Below are positions 1 through 10,019 of a DNA stretch of 64,000 nucleotides, in pieces. This DNA comes from an uncultured Verrucomicrobiae bacterium. Its GTDB lineage: Bacteria > Verrucomicrobiota > Verrucomicrobiia > Chthoniobacterales > JAFAMB01. The position numbers were made by a program, and so were the translations under genes. The notes under the pieces are model-generated. The model searched no databases. It worked only from the letters and a program-made list of their open reading frames with translations, and was not told the origin of the DNA. Within the stretch, counting starts at the first letter, position 1. Each line of letters starts with the position of its first letter. The DNA lies in contig CAWEXO010000008.1 of NCBI GenBank assembly GCA_963813025.1, positions 288,001-352,000 on the forward strand, read 5' to 3'.

Positions 1-546
1 CTTGAGCGGGAGCCGCTGACCGAGACTCCTCTTCGAGCTGAGGACAGCCTTGCCACTGAGGATGTCGGTGCGGGCGTCGCTCGATCCCTCGGCCATGAGA
101 CGACTACAGAAGAAGTGGCGCTCACTGAAGAACAGTTGAAAGTAGGGAAGCGAAACGTTGCTGCCGGCGAGGTCCGCGTGCGAAAAGTGGTCGAAACCGA
201 ACGAGTCAATGTTCCGGTCGAACTGAAGCGCGAAGATGCCGTGATTGAGCGCATCCCAACTTCCGAGGTAAAAGCCGGAGCGCCATCAAGCTTCCAGGAA
301 GACGAAATCCGGGTGCCGCTGAGCCGAGAAGAAGTCGTTGTGGAAAAGGAGACTCGGGTGATCGGTGGTGTTCGGGTGCGGAAGACGGAAAAAGTGGAAC
401 AGCAAAACGTCAGTGATACGGTTCGACGGGAAGACGTTAAGGTAGCCAAAGGTGATGCGAGCGGCGCGCGAGTGCAAGATGACTTGGAAGCGGAAGATCT
501 TAGAGGCGACAGTAAGCGCCGAACTGACGTCGACAGAGACACATAG
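1..546 (+). CDS. YsnF/AvaK (DUF2382) stress-domain protein, 5'-partial
   Basis: Frame open from base 1; LTEEQLKVGKR..GEVRVRKVVETE..VPVELKRE and VPLSREEVVVEKE repeats typical of DUF2382. Confidence 0.85.
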   Translation, partial: LEREPLTETPLRAEDSLATEDVGAGVARSLGHETTTEEVALTEEQLKVGKRNVAAGEVRVRKVVETERVNVPVELKREDAVIERIPTSEVKAGAPSSFQEDEIRVPLSREEVVVEKETRVIGGVRVRKTEKVEQQNVSDTVRREDVKVAKGDASGARVQDDLEAEDLRGDSKRRTDVDRDT

Positions 547-567
547 CAACCTGGAGATTCGAAAGCC

Positions 568-615
568 AGTTCGCCGGCGGCACGGGAGACGGGACTCACG
601 ATTGCCGCCGGAACT
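568..615. terminator. GC-rich hairpin between convergent genes
   Basis: agttcgccggcggca ... tgccgccggaact imperfect inverted repeat. Confidence 0.4.
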
Positions 616-1838
616 TACCCCTGCCTTGCGGCGGGTGGTTCGGGTGAGAAGCACGTTCTGGCGAACTGACTCACCCGCTCCGCAAAATGTTTGTGATGCT
701 CAATCAGGCCCATGTGCTTGGCCGGCTTGAGCACGGTCAGGTGCGAGCCGGCAATGTCCTGCTGCATGCGCTGACTCGCCTCCGGTTTGCACACCGGATC
801 GCGGTTTCCGGCGATCACCGCCGTGGGCACCGTGATGGTTTTGAGCGTCGTTGTCGCGTCGTAAAGCAGCATGCTCAACATGCCGCGAGCGAGCACCGCT
901 GGCGAGGCTTTGACCCCCAAGCGGGTAACGCGCTCAACTTGCTCCCAAGTTTCACCTCCGGCAAATCCGCTGCTCTTGCTGGACAGGTGGGAAGAGCCAT
1001 TGAGGTAGCTCAGCTGGTTCATCAACCAGACAAGCGGCGCAAGCCCAATTGTTAGGTACAACAAAGGCACGATCACTGGACGCTCCAGGGCGCTGAGCAA
1101 ACCGGCCATATTCGTAGTGCGCACCGGGTTGGTGTAGGTGGTCTGGACTAAGGCAATGCCGCCGACGCGCGTCTCCAATTCCCGGGTGAAAAGCCGACAG
1201 AAAGTCAGGGTTATCATCCCGCCGATGCTGTGACCCAACAGAATGGCCGGACGATCGCCCGCCAAGGCCAGCACCGCTTGCAAGTGGCTGGCAAGGTTCT
1301 CTAGGCGGTAGTCCTGGTCGGTGGAAGGGGTCGAGCGTCCAAGGCCAGGCAAATCCCAGACGATGAGTCGAAAGTGACCCGCTAAGTCTTGTCTAAGGTA
1401 ATCCCATTCTGTGCGATCGGCCCCCCAGCCGTGGGTGAGAACGATGACCGGGCCGTCCACTGGGCCGTAGCACTCGACGTGGAGTTCGGCGCCGTCGGGT
1501 CGTCCAAGGCGAGATACAACCGCCTCTTCCCGCGAGTGCCTCGATGCAGCATTGTCGTCGGTGGAACCTTTGGCCCTAGTCAAGAGGCCAAAGGCGGCAC
1601 GTACGACCAGTCCGCCGACTAAAGCCCACAATAGCAGGGCTGCGGCAATTGCGAGGAACAAGGTCGGAGGGTTAAAGCCCAAGTGCGGGGCAAAATACGA
1701 GCGCTCGTGGTCGAAGTCGTAGCTCCATGACCGCCGGTACCATTCGTGGCTACAATAAAGACCTGCCCCGATCAGGATGAACGAGAACAAGCCTAAAAAC
1801 CAAACTCGGAGGATGGACGTAGGAATCATAACTGCCAA
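615..1838 (-). CDS. alpha/beta hydrolase with N-terminal membrane segments
   Basis: HGWG oxyanion motif, GHSIGG nucleophile elbow, D and C-terminal H (AKHMG). Confidence 0.85.
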   Translation of the reverse strand: MAVMIPTSILRVWFLGLFSFILIGAGLYCSHEWYRRSWSYDFDHERSYFAPHLGFNPPTLFLAIAAALLLWALVGGLVVRAAFGLLTRAKGSTDDNAASRHSREEAVVSRLGRPDGAELHVECYGPVDGPVIVLTHGWGADRTEWDYLRQDLAGHFRLIVWDLPGLGRSTPSTDQDYRLENLASHLQAVLALAGDRPAILLGHSIGGMITLTFCRLFTRELETRVGGIALVQTTYTNPVRTTNMAGLLSALERPVIVPLLYLTIGLAPLVWLMNQLSYLNGSSHLSSKSSGFAGGETWEQVERVTRLGVKASPAVLARGMLSMLLYDATTTLKTITVPTAVIAGNRDPVCKPEASQRMQQDIAGSHLTVLKPAKHMGLIEHHKHFAERVSQFARTCFSPEPPAARQG

Positions 1839-2034
1839 ATAGAGCGCGGAATAACGTCAATGCTGCAGTGCACTCGGTAAAAAAAAGGCGCGGTGAAGGT
1901 TAGCACTTCCAGTTAAAGGGCTTCGGATGAAACAGGTTTATCTCTGAGCCGTTTGTAAACGTGACAAAGGAACGGCCGCGAACCCATCTAATGGCGCAAC
2001 GCGCCTGCCCTGGCCACCGACGTGAAAGGACAGA

Positions 2035-2282
2035 CTAACCCCCGACAAGGCGAACCAGCAACACAACGACGATAGCGCCCACAATCGACAGGAAAAATCC
2101 CGGGGATGAAAGCTCGAGCCCTCGGCGGGCGGGGAGAACAGTCGCGCGAGCAATCCGCCCACGACCGACCCGATGATGCCCAGTAAAGTCGTTCCGAGGA
2201 AGCCCATGTGGGTGTGCATGATCGCGCTCGCAATCAGCCCGACGATGAAACCGACAATAATCGACCAGAGAAGATGTAACAT
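2035..2282 (-). pseudogene. GlsB/YeaQ/YmgE transglycosylase-associated membrane protein, 1-nt frameshift near 2100
   Basis: MLHLLWSIIVGFIVGLIA..LLGIIGSVVGG..FHP continues in another frame as GFFLSIVGAIVVVLL; may be a sequencing error. Confidence 0.8.
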
Positions 2283-2313
2283 AGGCCCGACTGCTAGACA
2301 AAATCCTGACCTT

Positions 2314-2805
2314 CTACTTGGTGACCGCAACGTTGATCATCGACTTGGCTAGCTGCGTTAGCTTCTTGTCGGTTGCATCTTCCTCGCTCAAGGTCTTTTG
2401 TAGGAGTTCTTCGCCCTCTTTGTCTCCAAGCAATCCGGCATAGGTTCGAACGGTTCCATAACCAGCCATCTCGTAGTGTTCTACCCTCTGGGCAGCTGCG
2501 ATCAGACCGGCATCCTTGACCTCTGGATCGGCCTCTTCTTCAATCATTTCGGCGCCTTCGGCCACAATACCTTCCATTCCCTTACATTTCGGGCCGCGGG
2601 TGGACTGTGCGTGACTAGATAAGATTTTCTCTAGCCGTTGGACATGCTCTTTTGTCTGTTCAAGGTGCTCCTTGAATCCGGCCGCAAGTTGCTCGTTAGT
2701 AGCCGCCTCTGCCATTTTAGGGAGCGCCTGCGTTAGTTGCCGTTCGGCGCTGTAGAGGTCTTTTAATTCGTGATAATAAAGGTCTTGGAGAGTTTCGAGT
2801 TCCAT
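2314..2805 (-). CDS. yciF: YciE/YciF ferritin-like protein (DUF892)
   Basis: ELKDLYSAERQ, HLEQTKEHVQRL, AAAQRVEHYEMAGYG motifs. Confidence 0.9.
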   Translation of the reverse strand: MELETLQDLYYHELKDLYSAERQLTQALPKMAEAATNEQLAAGFKEHLEQTKEHVQRLEKILSSHAQSTRGPKCKGMEGIVAEGAEMIEEEADPEVKDAGLIAAAQRVEHYEMAGYGTVRTYAGLLGDKEGEELLQKTLSEEDATDKKLTQLAKSMINVAVTK

Positions 2806-2954
2806 ACCCTCTTGATTCGTGAGTGCCCGCTGTCGCGGACTTGCCGTAAAAGTGCCACAAGCCGTTGCCCGGGAAAATGTCAGGATGCCCTTCCGGGCAG
2901 CACTCCGCCCGAAAACTACTCAAAAAAGATCTTAGGATCTCGAGACTAAAACCG

Positions 2955-3230
2955 ACAAGCCGCGGCGCAACTACAGGGCTGAGCAGGACATGATCGATGC
3001 GCAGACCCGCGGGCGAACGCGTTCCGGAAATATTTTCAAAAGGTGTATGCATTTGACGGCTGCAGCGTGCGCAAAGCATCGGTCTAGCCCTGCGCGACGC
3101 GTGGGCGTTGCGCACCTCGGGCCGAGAGAGCGTGTCGTTCCGCCCGCGCTCCGGTGTGTAAACGTCGAGCTCGGCATGATGTTGTAGGCGCCGACGAGCA
3201 CGACCGGCCCGCCGGTTGTCGCCCGGCTCC
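2955..3230 (-). pseudogene. exodeoxyribonuclease III (Xth) C-terminal relic
   Basis: PVVLVGAYNIMP (degenerate GDxN) and GLRIDHVLLSP motifs in different frames. Confidence 0.65.
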
Positions 3231-3339
3231 TCCCTCCTCCGTTCATCCGCAAAGATCGCCTGACTGTTCACGAATGAAACATTGACGTCCTTGAGAAAAC
3301 GTTTCTCGCCGCTGAAGCAATCACGGTCGTAGCGACGAG

Positions 3340-3825
3340 CGTTAACAGTCACGTTTATTGCGGACTTCGCCACTTGCGACAGCTTTTGGTCGGTTTGTCT
3401 TTCCTCTTCAAGCGTCGTTTCAAGAAGTTGAGCACCTTCCTGGTCGCCCAGAAGTTCAGCGTAAGCACGGGTGGTTCCATACCCTGCCATTTCGTAATGC
3501 TCGACGCGTTGCGCCGCGGCAATCAATTCCGCACCTTTGACCTCCGGATCGGCCTCTTCCTCCATCATTTCCGCTCCCCCGCGAGCACACCTTCCATGCC
3601 TTTGCACTTGGCTCCGCGCGTGGTTTGATGGTGGTTGGTCAGGAGCTTCCAAGACGGGCAGCATGTTCCTTGGTGTGCTCAAGATGTTCTTTGAATCCGG
3701 CAGCCAACTTTTCGTGCTGAGCCGCTTTCACCATTTTGGGAAACGCTACAATAATCTGCTTCTCAGCGCTGTAGAGATCTTTCAATTCGTGATAGTAAAG
3801 GTCCTGGAGAGTTTTGAGTTCTATA
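3340..3825 (-). pseudogene. second, degenerate yciF copy
   Basis: Nucleotide similarity to 2314-2805 throughout; start codon reads ATA; frameshifts near 3650 and 3580. Confidence 0.85.
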
Positions 3826-3988
3826 CAGGACAGGATCGTGACAGCGGGCGTTCGCGGACTTGGTGAGGATTTGCATGGGAGAAGCTCACGCCAACGCTCG
3901 ACAGAGTTAAAATACCCGGATGTGCAAATTACGCTCGAAGTCCCCGCCCCTCAGAAAACATGGATTAACCTGCCCAACGTGCGGATTC

Positions 3989-4876
3989 CTAAAAACGGCG
4001 TTGTGCTTCGGCCCGTTCGGCCAGGATCACCTTCTCCTGGGACACCCGGCGTAGTTTGCGGGCTAGGCCTAACTTCGATAAAGTCCAAATGAGCCATTTG
4101 GTGGGATCGAACTGCCAGGGCTTAACTCCGTTGCGGTAATCGTGCTGAAATTCGTGGTGGTAGTTATGATATCCCTCTCCAAAGGTAAGGAGTGCCATGA
4201 ACCACGAATCGCGCGCGCTACATCGAGAAGAGTAGGGCTGCGTTCCCAGGGAATGGCAGAGCGAATTGATGCAAAATGTACAGTGCTGCAGCACCACAAT
4301 GCGGGCCACCCCTCCGATGAGGAAAGCTCCCAGAGCCGCCACCCAGCCGCCCCAACAAAATCCGACCACCACTGGCAGGGCAAAGGCGACCACCGCGCCG
4401 ATCCAATGGATGTAACGGTTCTGCCAACGCACCAGCGGGTCTTTTTGCAAATCGGCCACGTTGTCGAAGGGCGGCAGAGGGTCGAGCTTGAACAATAGCC
4501 AGCCGATGTGGGCATGAAAGAGTCCCTTGGAAATGCAGTAAGGGTCTTCATCATGGTCGACGTGCTTGTGGTGATTACGGTGCTCGCAGGCCCAGAGTAA
4601 TGCGGAGTTCTCAAAGGCGGCCGCGCCGAATACCAGCACGAAAAGGCGCACCGTCCAATGGGCTTGGAAGGCGAGGTGGGAAAAGAGCCGGTGGTAACCT
4701 AAGCTGATGGAAAAGCCGCAGGCACAAAACATGGCCACAAAGAGGCCCGCCTGGAAGGCGTCGAGCCCGAAGCAGTAGATGTAGGCGGGCACGGCCGACA
4801 GCGCGAGCAGCAAGGTGCCGATCAGAAAGGAGCTGATGGGCCAGTTAACCCGGTCAAAAGGGATCCGTGAAAACAT
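3989..4876 (-). CDS. delta-9 type fatty acid (acyl-CoA/lipid) desaturase
   Basis: Three His boxes HRLFSH, HRNHHKH, HNYHHEF; GEGYHN, QFDPTKW. Confidence 0.9.
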   Translation of the reverse strand: MFSRIPFDRVNWPISSFLIGTLLLALSAVPAYIYCFGLDAFQAGLFVAMFCACGFSISLGYHRLFSHLAFQAHWTVRLFVLVFGAAAFENSALLWACEHRNHHKHVDHDEDPYCISKGLFHAHIGWLLFKLDPLPPFDNVADLQKDPLVRWQNRYIHWIGAVVAFALPVVVGFCWGGWVAALGAFLIGGVARIVVLQHCTFCINSLCHSLGTQPYSSRCSARDSWFMALLTFGEGYHNYHHEFQHDYRNGVKPWQFDPTKWLIWTLSKLGLARKLRRVSQEKVILAERAEAQRRF

Positions 4877-5109
4877 GGGTCATTGGAAGCTGGCTTAACC
4901 ACCTCGATAGAGTGGGCCGTCGCTACGATGCAAGCTGGCGTCTCGCGTAGGCGAGTCTGTAGGCATCAGAGCAAACGTATCCATGACTAAAGAAGAGCGG
5001 CTTTCTCGGGGCGGCCCCTGAAAGGTTTAGCTGGTATTCTTACCTTTCACACTAGATTGATCTCACGAGCGCCCATTCCCAAAACTCGGCCCGCTAAGGA
5101 CTACGCCGA

Positions 5110-6177
5110 TCACGATCCGGGTTGTTCACCTTTTTGCTTTGATCGCTGTGGTCGCGGTGCCGGCTTTAATTGCTTCTCCTCGGCAGCGCGGACAGCCTCC
5201 TCTTTCGCCTGACTAGCTACTGCGCCCACTTTACCCGCTATTTCAGAAATTTTGTCGCCAGCAACCTCTGGCGTTATTCCCTGTCGCTTGGCTTCGTCCA
5301 TGGTGGTCGTTGCAACCCGTTCTGCCACCGCCTTTGCCTTGTCCAAGGTTTCTTTCCCTCTTTCCTTGACTTGCTCGACGAGCCGGTCGGACTTTTCGCC
5401 CATCAATTTATCTTCTTGCCGTGTCCTCGGAAGAAGGAGGCCTGTCAACAGACCGACACCTAGAAAACCAACAGCTACCGCGAGAGGATATTCTTCTACC
5501 GCCTCCTGAAACCTGTCTCCGGCGTAGACATAGCCTTCCTGAAGATGCTGGGTCGCGCCGCTTCCGGCGCGCCTGCTCCGGCGAACGCCTTCACCCACTA
5601 CGTTCCCGGCCGATGTGGCCGTAGTTTGGACGCCGATGCCAATGCCCGATATCTTTCCTGTCACAGCCTCAGTAGCACCTGAGAGTGCTTCCTGAACTTG
5701 CGCAGTTTTTTCTTTTATTACTGATGCAATACCACTTTTTTCGGATTGCTCGTACGGCATCAGAGGCTCGGTCTCCCCTGCACTGGGTGAGCCAGGCATC
5801 TGCGGATCATCAGCCGCTCCAGACCTTTGATTCTCTGTCTGCGTGGGATCGTCAGTCTCCGCACGTAAGATCATCCAGGTAATTCCAGCGCCGATCAATA
5901 GTGCCGGCATCGGATTTTCCTTCACTTGTCGCACGACATTGCGATACCCGCGCTTCAGCGAGTCGCCTGACCCGCTGTCGGCCTGGTGAGCTCCATGGGA
6001 TTCAAACCAACCTAAAACGTCGTTAATGAGCGACCGCGGACTTAACCGCTCATTTAAGTCTTCGAGAGTATCATCCAAGCGCCCTCGAGTTCGCCGAATG
6101 TCGCTCTTTATCTCGCCGGTCGAGCGCGTGTCCTCTTTTGGCGGATTTGACGTTAGTGGATCTTGTTCTGGGCCCAT
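5110..6177 (-). CDS. DUF3618 domain protein
   Basis: N-terminal EIKSDIRRTRGRLDDTLEDLNERLSP; ENPMP/EYPLA plus hydrophobic segments; LPRTRQED. Confidence 0.75.
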   Translation of the reverse strand: MGPEQDPLTSNPPKEDTRSTGEIKSDIRRTRGRLDDTLEDLNERLSPRSLINDVLGWFESHGAHQADSGSGDSLKRGYRNVVRQVKENPMPALLIGAGITWMILRAETDDPTQTENQRSGAADDPQMPGSPSAGETEPLMPYEQSEKSGIASVIKEKTAQVQEALSGATEAVTGKISGIGIGVQTTATSAGNVVGEGVRRSRRAGSGATQHLQEGYVYAGDRFQEAVEEYPLAVAVGFLGVGLLTGLLLPRTRQEDKLMGEKSDRLVEQVKERGKETLDKAKAVAERVATTTMDEAKRQGITPEVAGDKISEIAGKVGAVASQAKEEAVRAAEEKQLKPAPRPQRSKQKGEQPGS

Positions 6178-6563
6178 TTTTTGTCTTCTTTCAGAGTTTC
6201 AACGGTCTTTTCAGGAACGAATGACAGCTTTTTCAAAGTCTCGACACCTTTGACTATCATTACGACGCTGATTGCTCCAATAACGAGCCCAACAATCAGA
6301 AGGCCGAGAAATATCGCCCAACCGATGCTGACGCCGTTTGCTAGCAGCTGGTGAGAGATTAAGGAACTGATAGCCAACAAGAGAAAAGTAATCGCACAGT
6401 AAGCGACCAAAGCGCCTCCCGCGACGTAGGTTACGTTCAGCGCCGTGCTGGAGATCTTTTCGCTGATCTCCTTTTTGGCAAGAGTTATTTCTTCGCGCAA
6501 GAGGAGAACCCCCTCTTCACGCAGGTCTTTCAGTAACTCAGCGATGGTCGGTTGGTTTGCCAT
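6153..6563 (-). CDS. holin-superfamily-III-like (YqjE/DUF1469) membrane protein
   Basis: IAELLKDL..LLREEITLAKKEI, two TM helices, PEKTVETLKED; usual neighbour of DUF3618. Confidence 0.75.
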   Translation of the reverse strand: MANQPTIAELLKDLREEGVLLLREEITLAKKEISEKISSTALNVTYVAGGALVAYCAITFLLLAISSLISHQLLANGVSIGWAIFLGLLIVGLVIGAISVVMIVKGVETLKKLSFVPEKTVETLKEDKKWAQNKIH

Positions 6564-6569
6564 GTTTGC

Positions 6570-7175
6570 CTAAAGCGCCCCTTCCGGCGCAGACGCTATT
6601 GTGGATGGTGAAGCCGAGGACGCCCGCGAATGATTTCGATTACTTTCGACGCTCGACACGCGACTGTTTGCCGCGCCGCGGTCCGATGCCTTTAGAAAAC
6701 GGGCTGCCACTAAACCCGCCCCGAACATTATACCAAAAGCAATTTCCGGGCGCCGGCGTGCGAAGTGTCCGGCGTCGTCGTAGATCTCGGAGATCTTTCT
6801 TTCACGCAAATACGTAGAAGCGCGGTCCAACCGGGAGGCTACTTCATCAGCCCGACTGGCCAGGGCAGCATGACCCTCTTGATTCAACTTTTCCGAAGCT
6901 GCCTTTGCCGCCTGATGATATTCGTGAACTATGTCTGCTAATCTATTCTTTTGCTCGTTGACGACCTCCTGCCCATAGCCCGCCGTTTTTTGTGCTACTT
7001 CCTTTATTTCTGTCTTCGCGCTCTCAAAAGAAGCAGCCGCCTGTTCAGATGCACCGTGTTTTACCTTCGCAGCCTCTTTTTGGACGGTTCCAACCTCGCT
7101 TTTCAGTTGCTGCGCTGCCGGCGGATCTTGTTCCCGCTCTGAAGCGGCGGCCTCGGATGGTGGTAAATTGTCCAT
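6570..7175 (-). CDS. ElaB/YqjD-like tail-anchored stress protein
   Basis: Helical low-complexity body then FARRRPEIAFGIMFGAGLVAARFLKAS. Confidence 0.65.
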   Translation of the reverse strand: MDNLPPSEAAASEREQDPPAAQQLKSEVGTVQKEAAKVKHGASEQAAASFESAKTEIKEVAQKTAGYGQEVVNEQKNRLADIVHEYHQAAKAASEKLNQEGHAALASRADEVASRLDRASTYLRERKISEIYDDAGHFARRRPEIAFGIMFGAGLVAARFLKASDRGAANSRVSSVESNRNHSRASSASPSTIASAPEGAL

Positions 7176-7479
7176 GAAATTTCCTTTAGTTTGGATTCGA
7201 TGGGATAGAGGATTGGCTGCTAATGGGATCGCAAGTGGAATGCGAAGAGGATGTTTAAAAGTCGCTCGTTCGCCTTTTTCTCGGTCCGAAAAAGCGCCAC
7301 AGCTTGTCGTGTTTTTACCTTGGTTTTCATAGAGCAACGCTAAGTCGTAGAGGCTCTGCGCCGGGCGAGGATGCGCCGACTTCGTGGCTTTTGGGGTAAA
7401 ACTTGACTTTCACGCAATTAAAAAAATCCTTGGAAAAAGAAAATGGCTCCTTGTTCTTTATCTCGCGCGTAATCTGGCA

Positions 7480-7860
7480 AGCGAAGTTCGGCGGATGGTC
7501 ATGGATTCGTTTTCGGAAACCATGACTTCGATCGAAGTCGAGTTGAAAACACGGGTTCGCGGGCGCGGCGCTGATGGAAGGGCGCGTCACGAGGAACGAG
7601 TCACGGGCAATCTTGCCTACGCGACCTTCGTTCATGATACCTCCCGGCCGGTGGATGGGATTCCGGATCCTCATTTTCACATCCATTCCTACGTTCTGAA
7701 CGCGACATTCGACCCGGAAGAAAACCGCTGGAAAGCAGGATTCTTCCGGGATCTGAAGGCTGATGCGCCGTTCTGGGAAGCATTTTTCAACGAGGCCTTC
7801 GCGCAAGTCAAAGGGGAGCTCGGCGCTAAGACGCGCGAGGCCAAAGACAAGGGTCCTATG
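7480..7860 (+). pseudogene. TrwC/MobF relaxase internal fragment
   Basis: TRVR..ERVTGNLAYATFVHDTSRPVDGIPDPHFHIH..NATFD..RWKA (HUH motif); no N-terminal Tyr or helicase. Confidence 0.85.
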
Positions 7861-7869
7861 GACCAGGCC

Positions 7870-8235
7870 AAGCTGTGGTAGAAGTTTGTGCCTAAACGAT
7901 TCCAGACCTCTGGGGGTAGTGTTCCGAAGACACGGAGAGTTTTGCCTTCAGCAACCGGTGGCATGCTGGGCCCAAATGGCGGGGCTGGTTCAGGGCTCAC
8001 GGGTACGGCTGGGGCTCCGGGCGCTGGCTGCGGTGGTATGACAAGAGCTAGGGTTGGGCCAGCTTTTTCGGCTTTCGCCATGGTCAGCAGAAAGACGTCG
8101 CTGTCGAATGCTATCTCATCCGGCGCGAACAGTTCGGCGAACCAGATGCGATCGTAAGTACCATCATCGCGTTGCCCCGAAACGAGTCCAAAAAATCGCC
8201 ATTCTGAACGAACTCCACAATCTTGCGCAGTTACT
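7870..8235 (-). pseudogene. C-terminal fragment of DUF499-type ATPase
   Basis: RKIVEFVQNGDF/GLVSGQRDDGTYDRIWFAE..DEIAFDSDVFLL..GTLPPEVWNRLGT; frameshift in T-run near 8190. Confidence 0.55.
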
Positions 8236-8490
8236 TCACGAAGTATTGGTAAACTTCGGTGCAGCTCTTACGAGCTGCTGAAGGAGAACTCCAAGCTTCA
8301 AATGATCTCGAAAACCGCCGCCAGGGTCAAGGACGTTTCTTTTCTCTTGTCGAACAAGGTTTTGGGCAGCTCACGCCTTCCAAGTTGCGAATGGTACTCG
8401 CGAATTTCTTGGCCTGCTTCAACCTGTAGTAGTTGGTCTTTTTAATTAGCGTCTCAACGAGAGGACTCATTTGCGCCTCAAAGTCTTGCC

Positions 8491-8991
8491 TCAATGGTTC
8501 GTTTCGGCGGTATAACTGACCTTCTTTTCAGTCCCTTTGTTCGAGTTCGGGTACCGGGTCCGACCACGAGATTTTTCACTGCGCGCCAAGCTTTGGTGCC
8601 ATAATGCAATCAGCCGTCTTTTAACGTCAATGATTCTGGGCCGCCCGGAGGATCTGGATCTTGCATGCGGGATCTTCAGTCCTATCACTCGCCTAGAGTC
8701 TTGCCGGTTTGCCGGGATTCCGGCAGCTGCATTCGTCGACACCTCTTGATCATTTATTTCTGGAGTTAACGCGAGAACGGGAGTCGGAGTCGACGCTGCG
8801 ACGCTCATCTGTGAGAAGGGATTTTTCTGCGGAGAAATCTCAGCGACCGGGCTTCCGGCGAGCGCCGCTTTTCCTTCGGGATTGATATGCCTCGGATGCT
8901 CTTGTATCGCGAGCACGACCGCCCCGAAAACAACTACACCCAAAACGCCCGTTCCAAACCCAACATATTCGCGATTGATGGTTTTAATCAT
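8491..8991 (-). CDS. hypothetical protein, single N-terminal TM helix
   Basis: 166-aa ORF with hydrophobic N-terminus and basic C-terminus. Confidence 0.5.
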   Translation of the reverse strand: MIKTINREYVGFGTGVLGVVVFGAVVLAIQEHPRHINPEGKAALAGSPVAEISPQKNPFSQMSVAASTPTPVLALTPEINDQEVSTNAAAGIPANRQDSRRVIGLKIPHARSRSSGRPRIIDVKRRLIALWHQSLARSEKSRGRTRYPNSNKGTEKKVSYTAETNH

Positions 8992-9096
8992 GTCATGTGT
9001 CCCGCCAAAAAAGAACGGAATTATCCTGGCCTGCGTTTAAATTCCGCGACCTGTGATGAGCCTGACTGCCACCACAATCACGGTCGCCTTTCACAA

Positions 9097-9345
9097 TCAG
9101 CGTGAAGAAAGATCCGGGATACCCGCAGTGAGCGCAGCCACGTCGCAATCCAGGGCGACGCACAAGGTGCACAGCCCCGAGAAGGTCACGTTGCGTTCGC
9201 CGCGTTCGACTCCTCCAACATAGGTGTGATGGAGGCCGCAGACGGCGGCAAAGGTCCGTTGGTTGAATCCGAGTGCGGTTCGCGCATTTCGCAGCCGCAG
9301 TCCCAGTCTCAACAATTCCACGCGCGGGGTATTCATTAGAGTCAT
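9097..9345 (-). CDS. XRE-family HTH regulator
   Basis: LRNARTALGFNQ..HHTYVGGVERGERNVT. Confidence 0.8.
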   Translation of the reverse strand: MTLMNTPRVELLRLGLRLRNARTALGFNQRTFAAVCGLHHTYVGGVERGERNVTFSGLCTLCVALDCDVAALTAGIPDLSSR

Positions 9346-9631
9346 AGAGTCCTTAAAGTCTCAGGGCGTCCATCGTTGAAGGGCTCTCACTCGGCGCCGC
9401 CGTCAACCGGTGAGGCTGCGTGCTCTTAAAAGCTCGCCTCGCGCGGGATCACGTTCTAAGCCGTTGCCGGAAAGATGTCGCTTTCTCGCGGATTCCTCAC
9501 AGTCAACCCAAAAAGAGCACAACCCAGCATACTGCTTTAGATGAGTTGTCCCTATCTTTTAGCTATAGCCACGAAAGAACGCCTCGACTCGACCATTTTC
9601 CCTCGCGCCGGCTCCAGGTAAGGTTGCTAGC

Positions 9632-9905
9632 TTACGCGGCCGCCTGATCGCTCGCGCAAACCTGTACCAACGTATCAACAAAGCGCGCTACGACGCTAGC
9701 CGACACGCTGTCCGCTTTCCAAACGGCTCCGACCGGCATCTGCAGGGGCTTTTTCGCGCTCAACTCGCGAAAGACAACCCCATCGGTGCCCTCCCGCTCG
9801 AAAGGTTTACTCACCACCGCTAATCCAAAGCCCGCAGTCACAAAGGCCAGGGCGCTGGAGGCGGCATGAGCTTCTTTGACGAGCTTTGGGACAAAACCTG
9901 CGTTT
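9632..9905 (-). pseudogene. LysR substrate-binding domain C-terminal fragment
   Basis: GFVPKLVKEA..ALAFVTAGFGLAVV..GVVFREL; no HTH. Confidence 0.7.
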
Positions 9906-10019
9906 ACCCCGTTATTTCGGACACTGATTTTGGGCTGATTAGTGTTTATTGCTGCAGCGTGCTGATGGCATGTTCAAGACACACGGTGTTCCAAAGCGCG
10001 AGCGAGGCAACAACCAGAT

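Noticed and set aside
2717..3682. 321-aa ORF as a novel YciF-nuclease fusion
   Set aside because: Chance read-through across a yciF pseudogene and an xth relic; overlaps the real yciF
6153..6563. Holin as evidence of a prophage
   Set aside because: YqjE-like family in a stress cluster; no phage structural genes in the window
9345..9365. C-box and restriction-modification controller
   Set aside because: GACT repeats are direct rather than inverted and no R-M genes are adjacent
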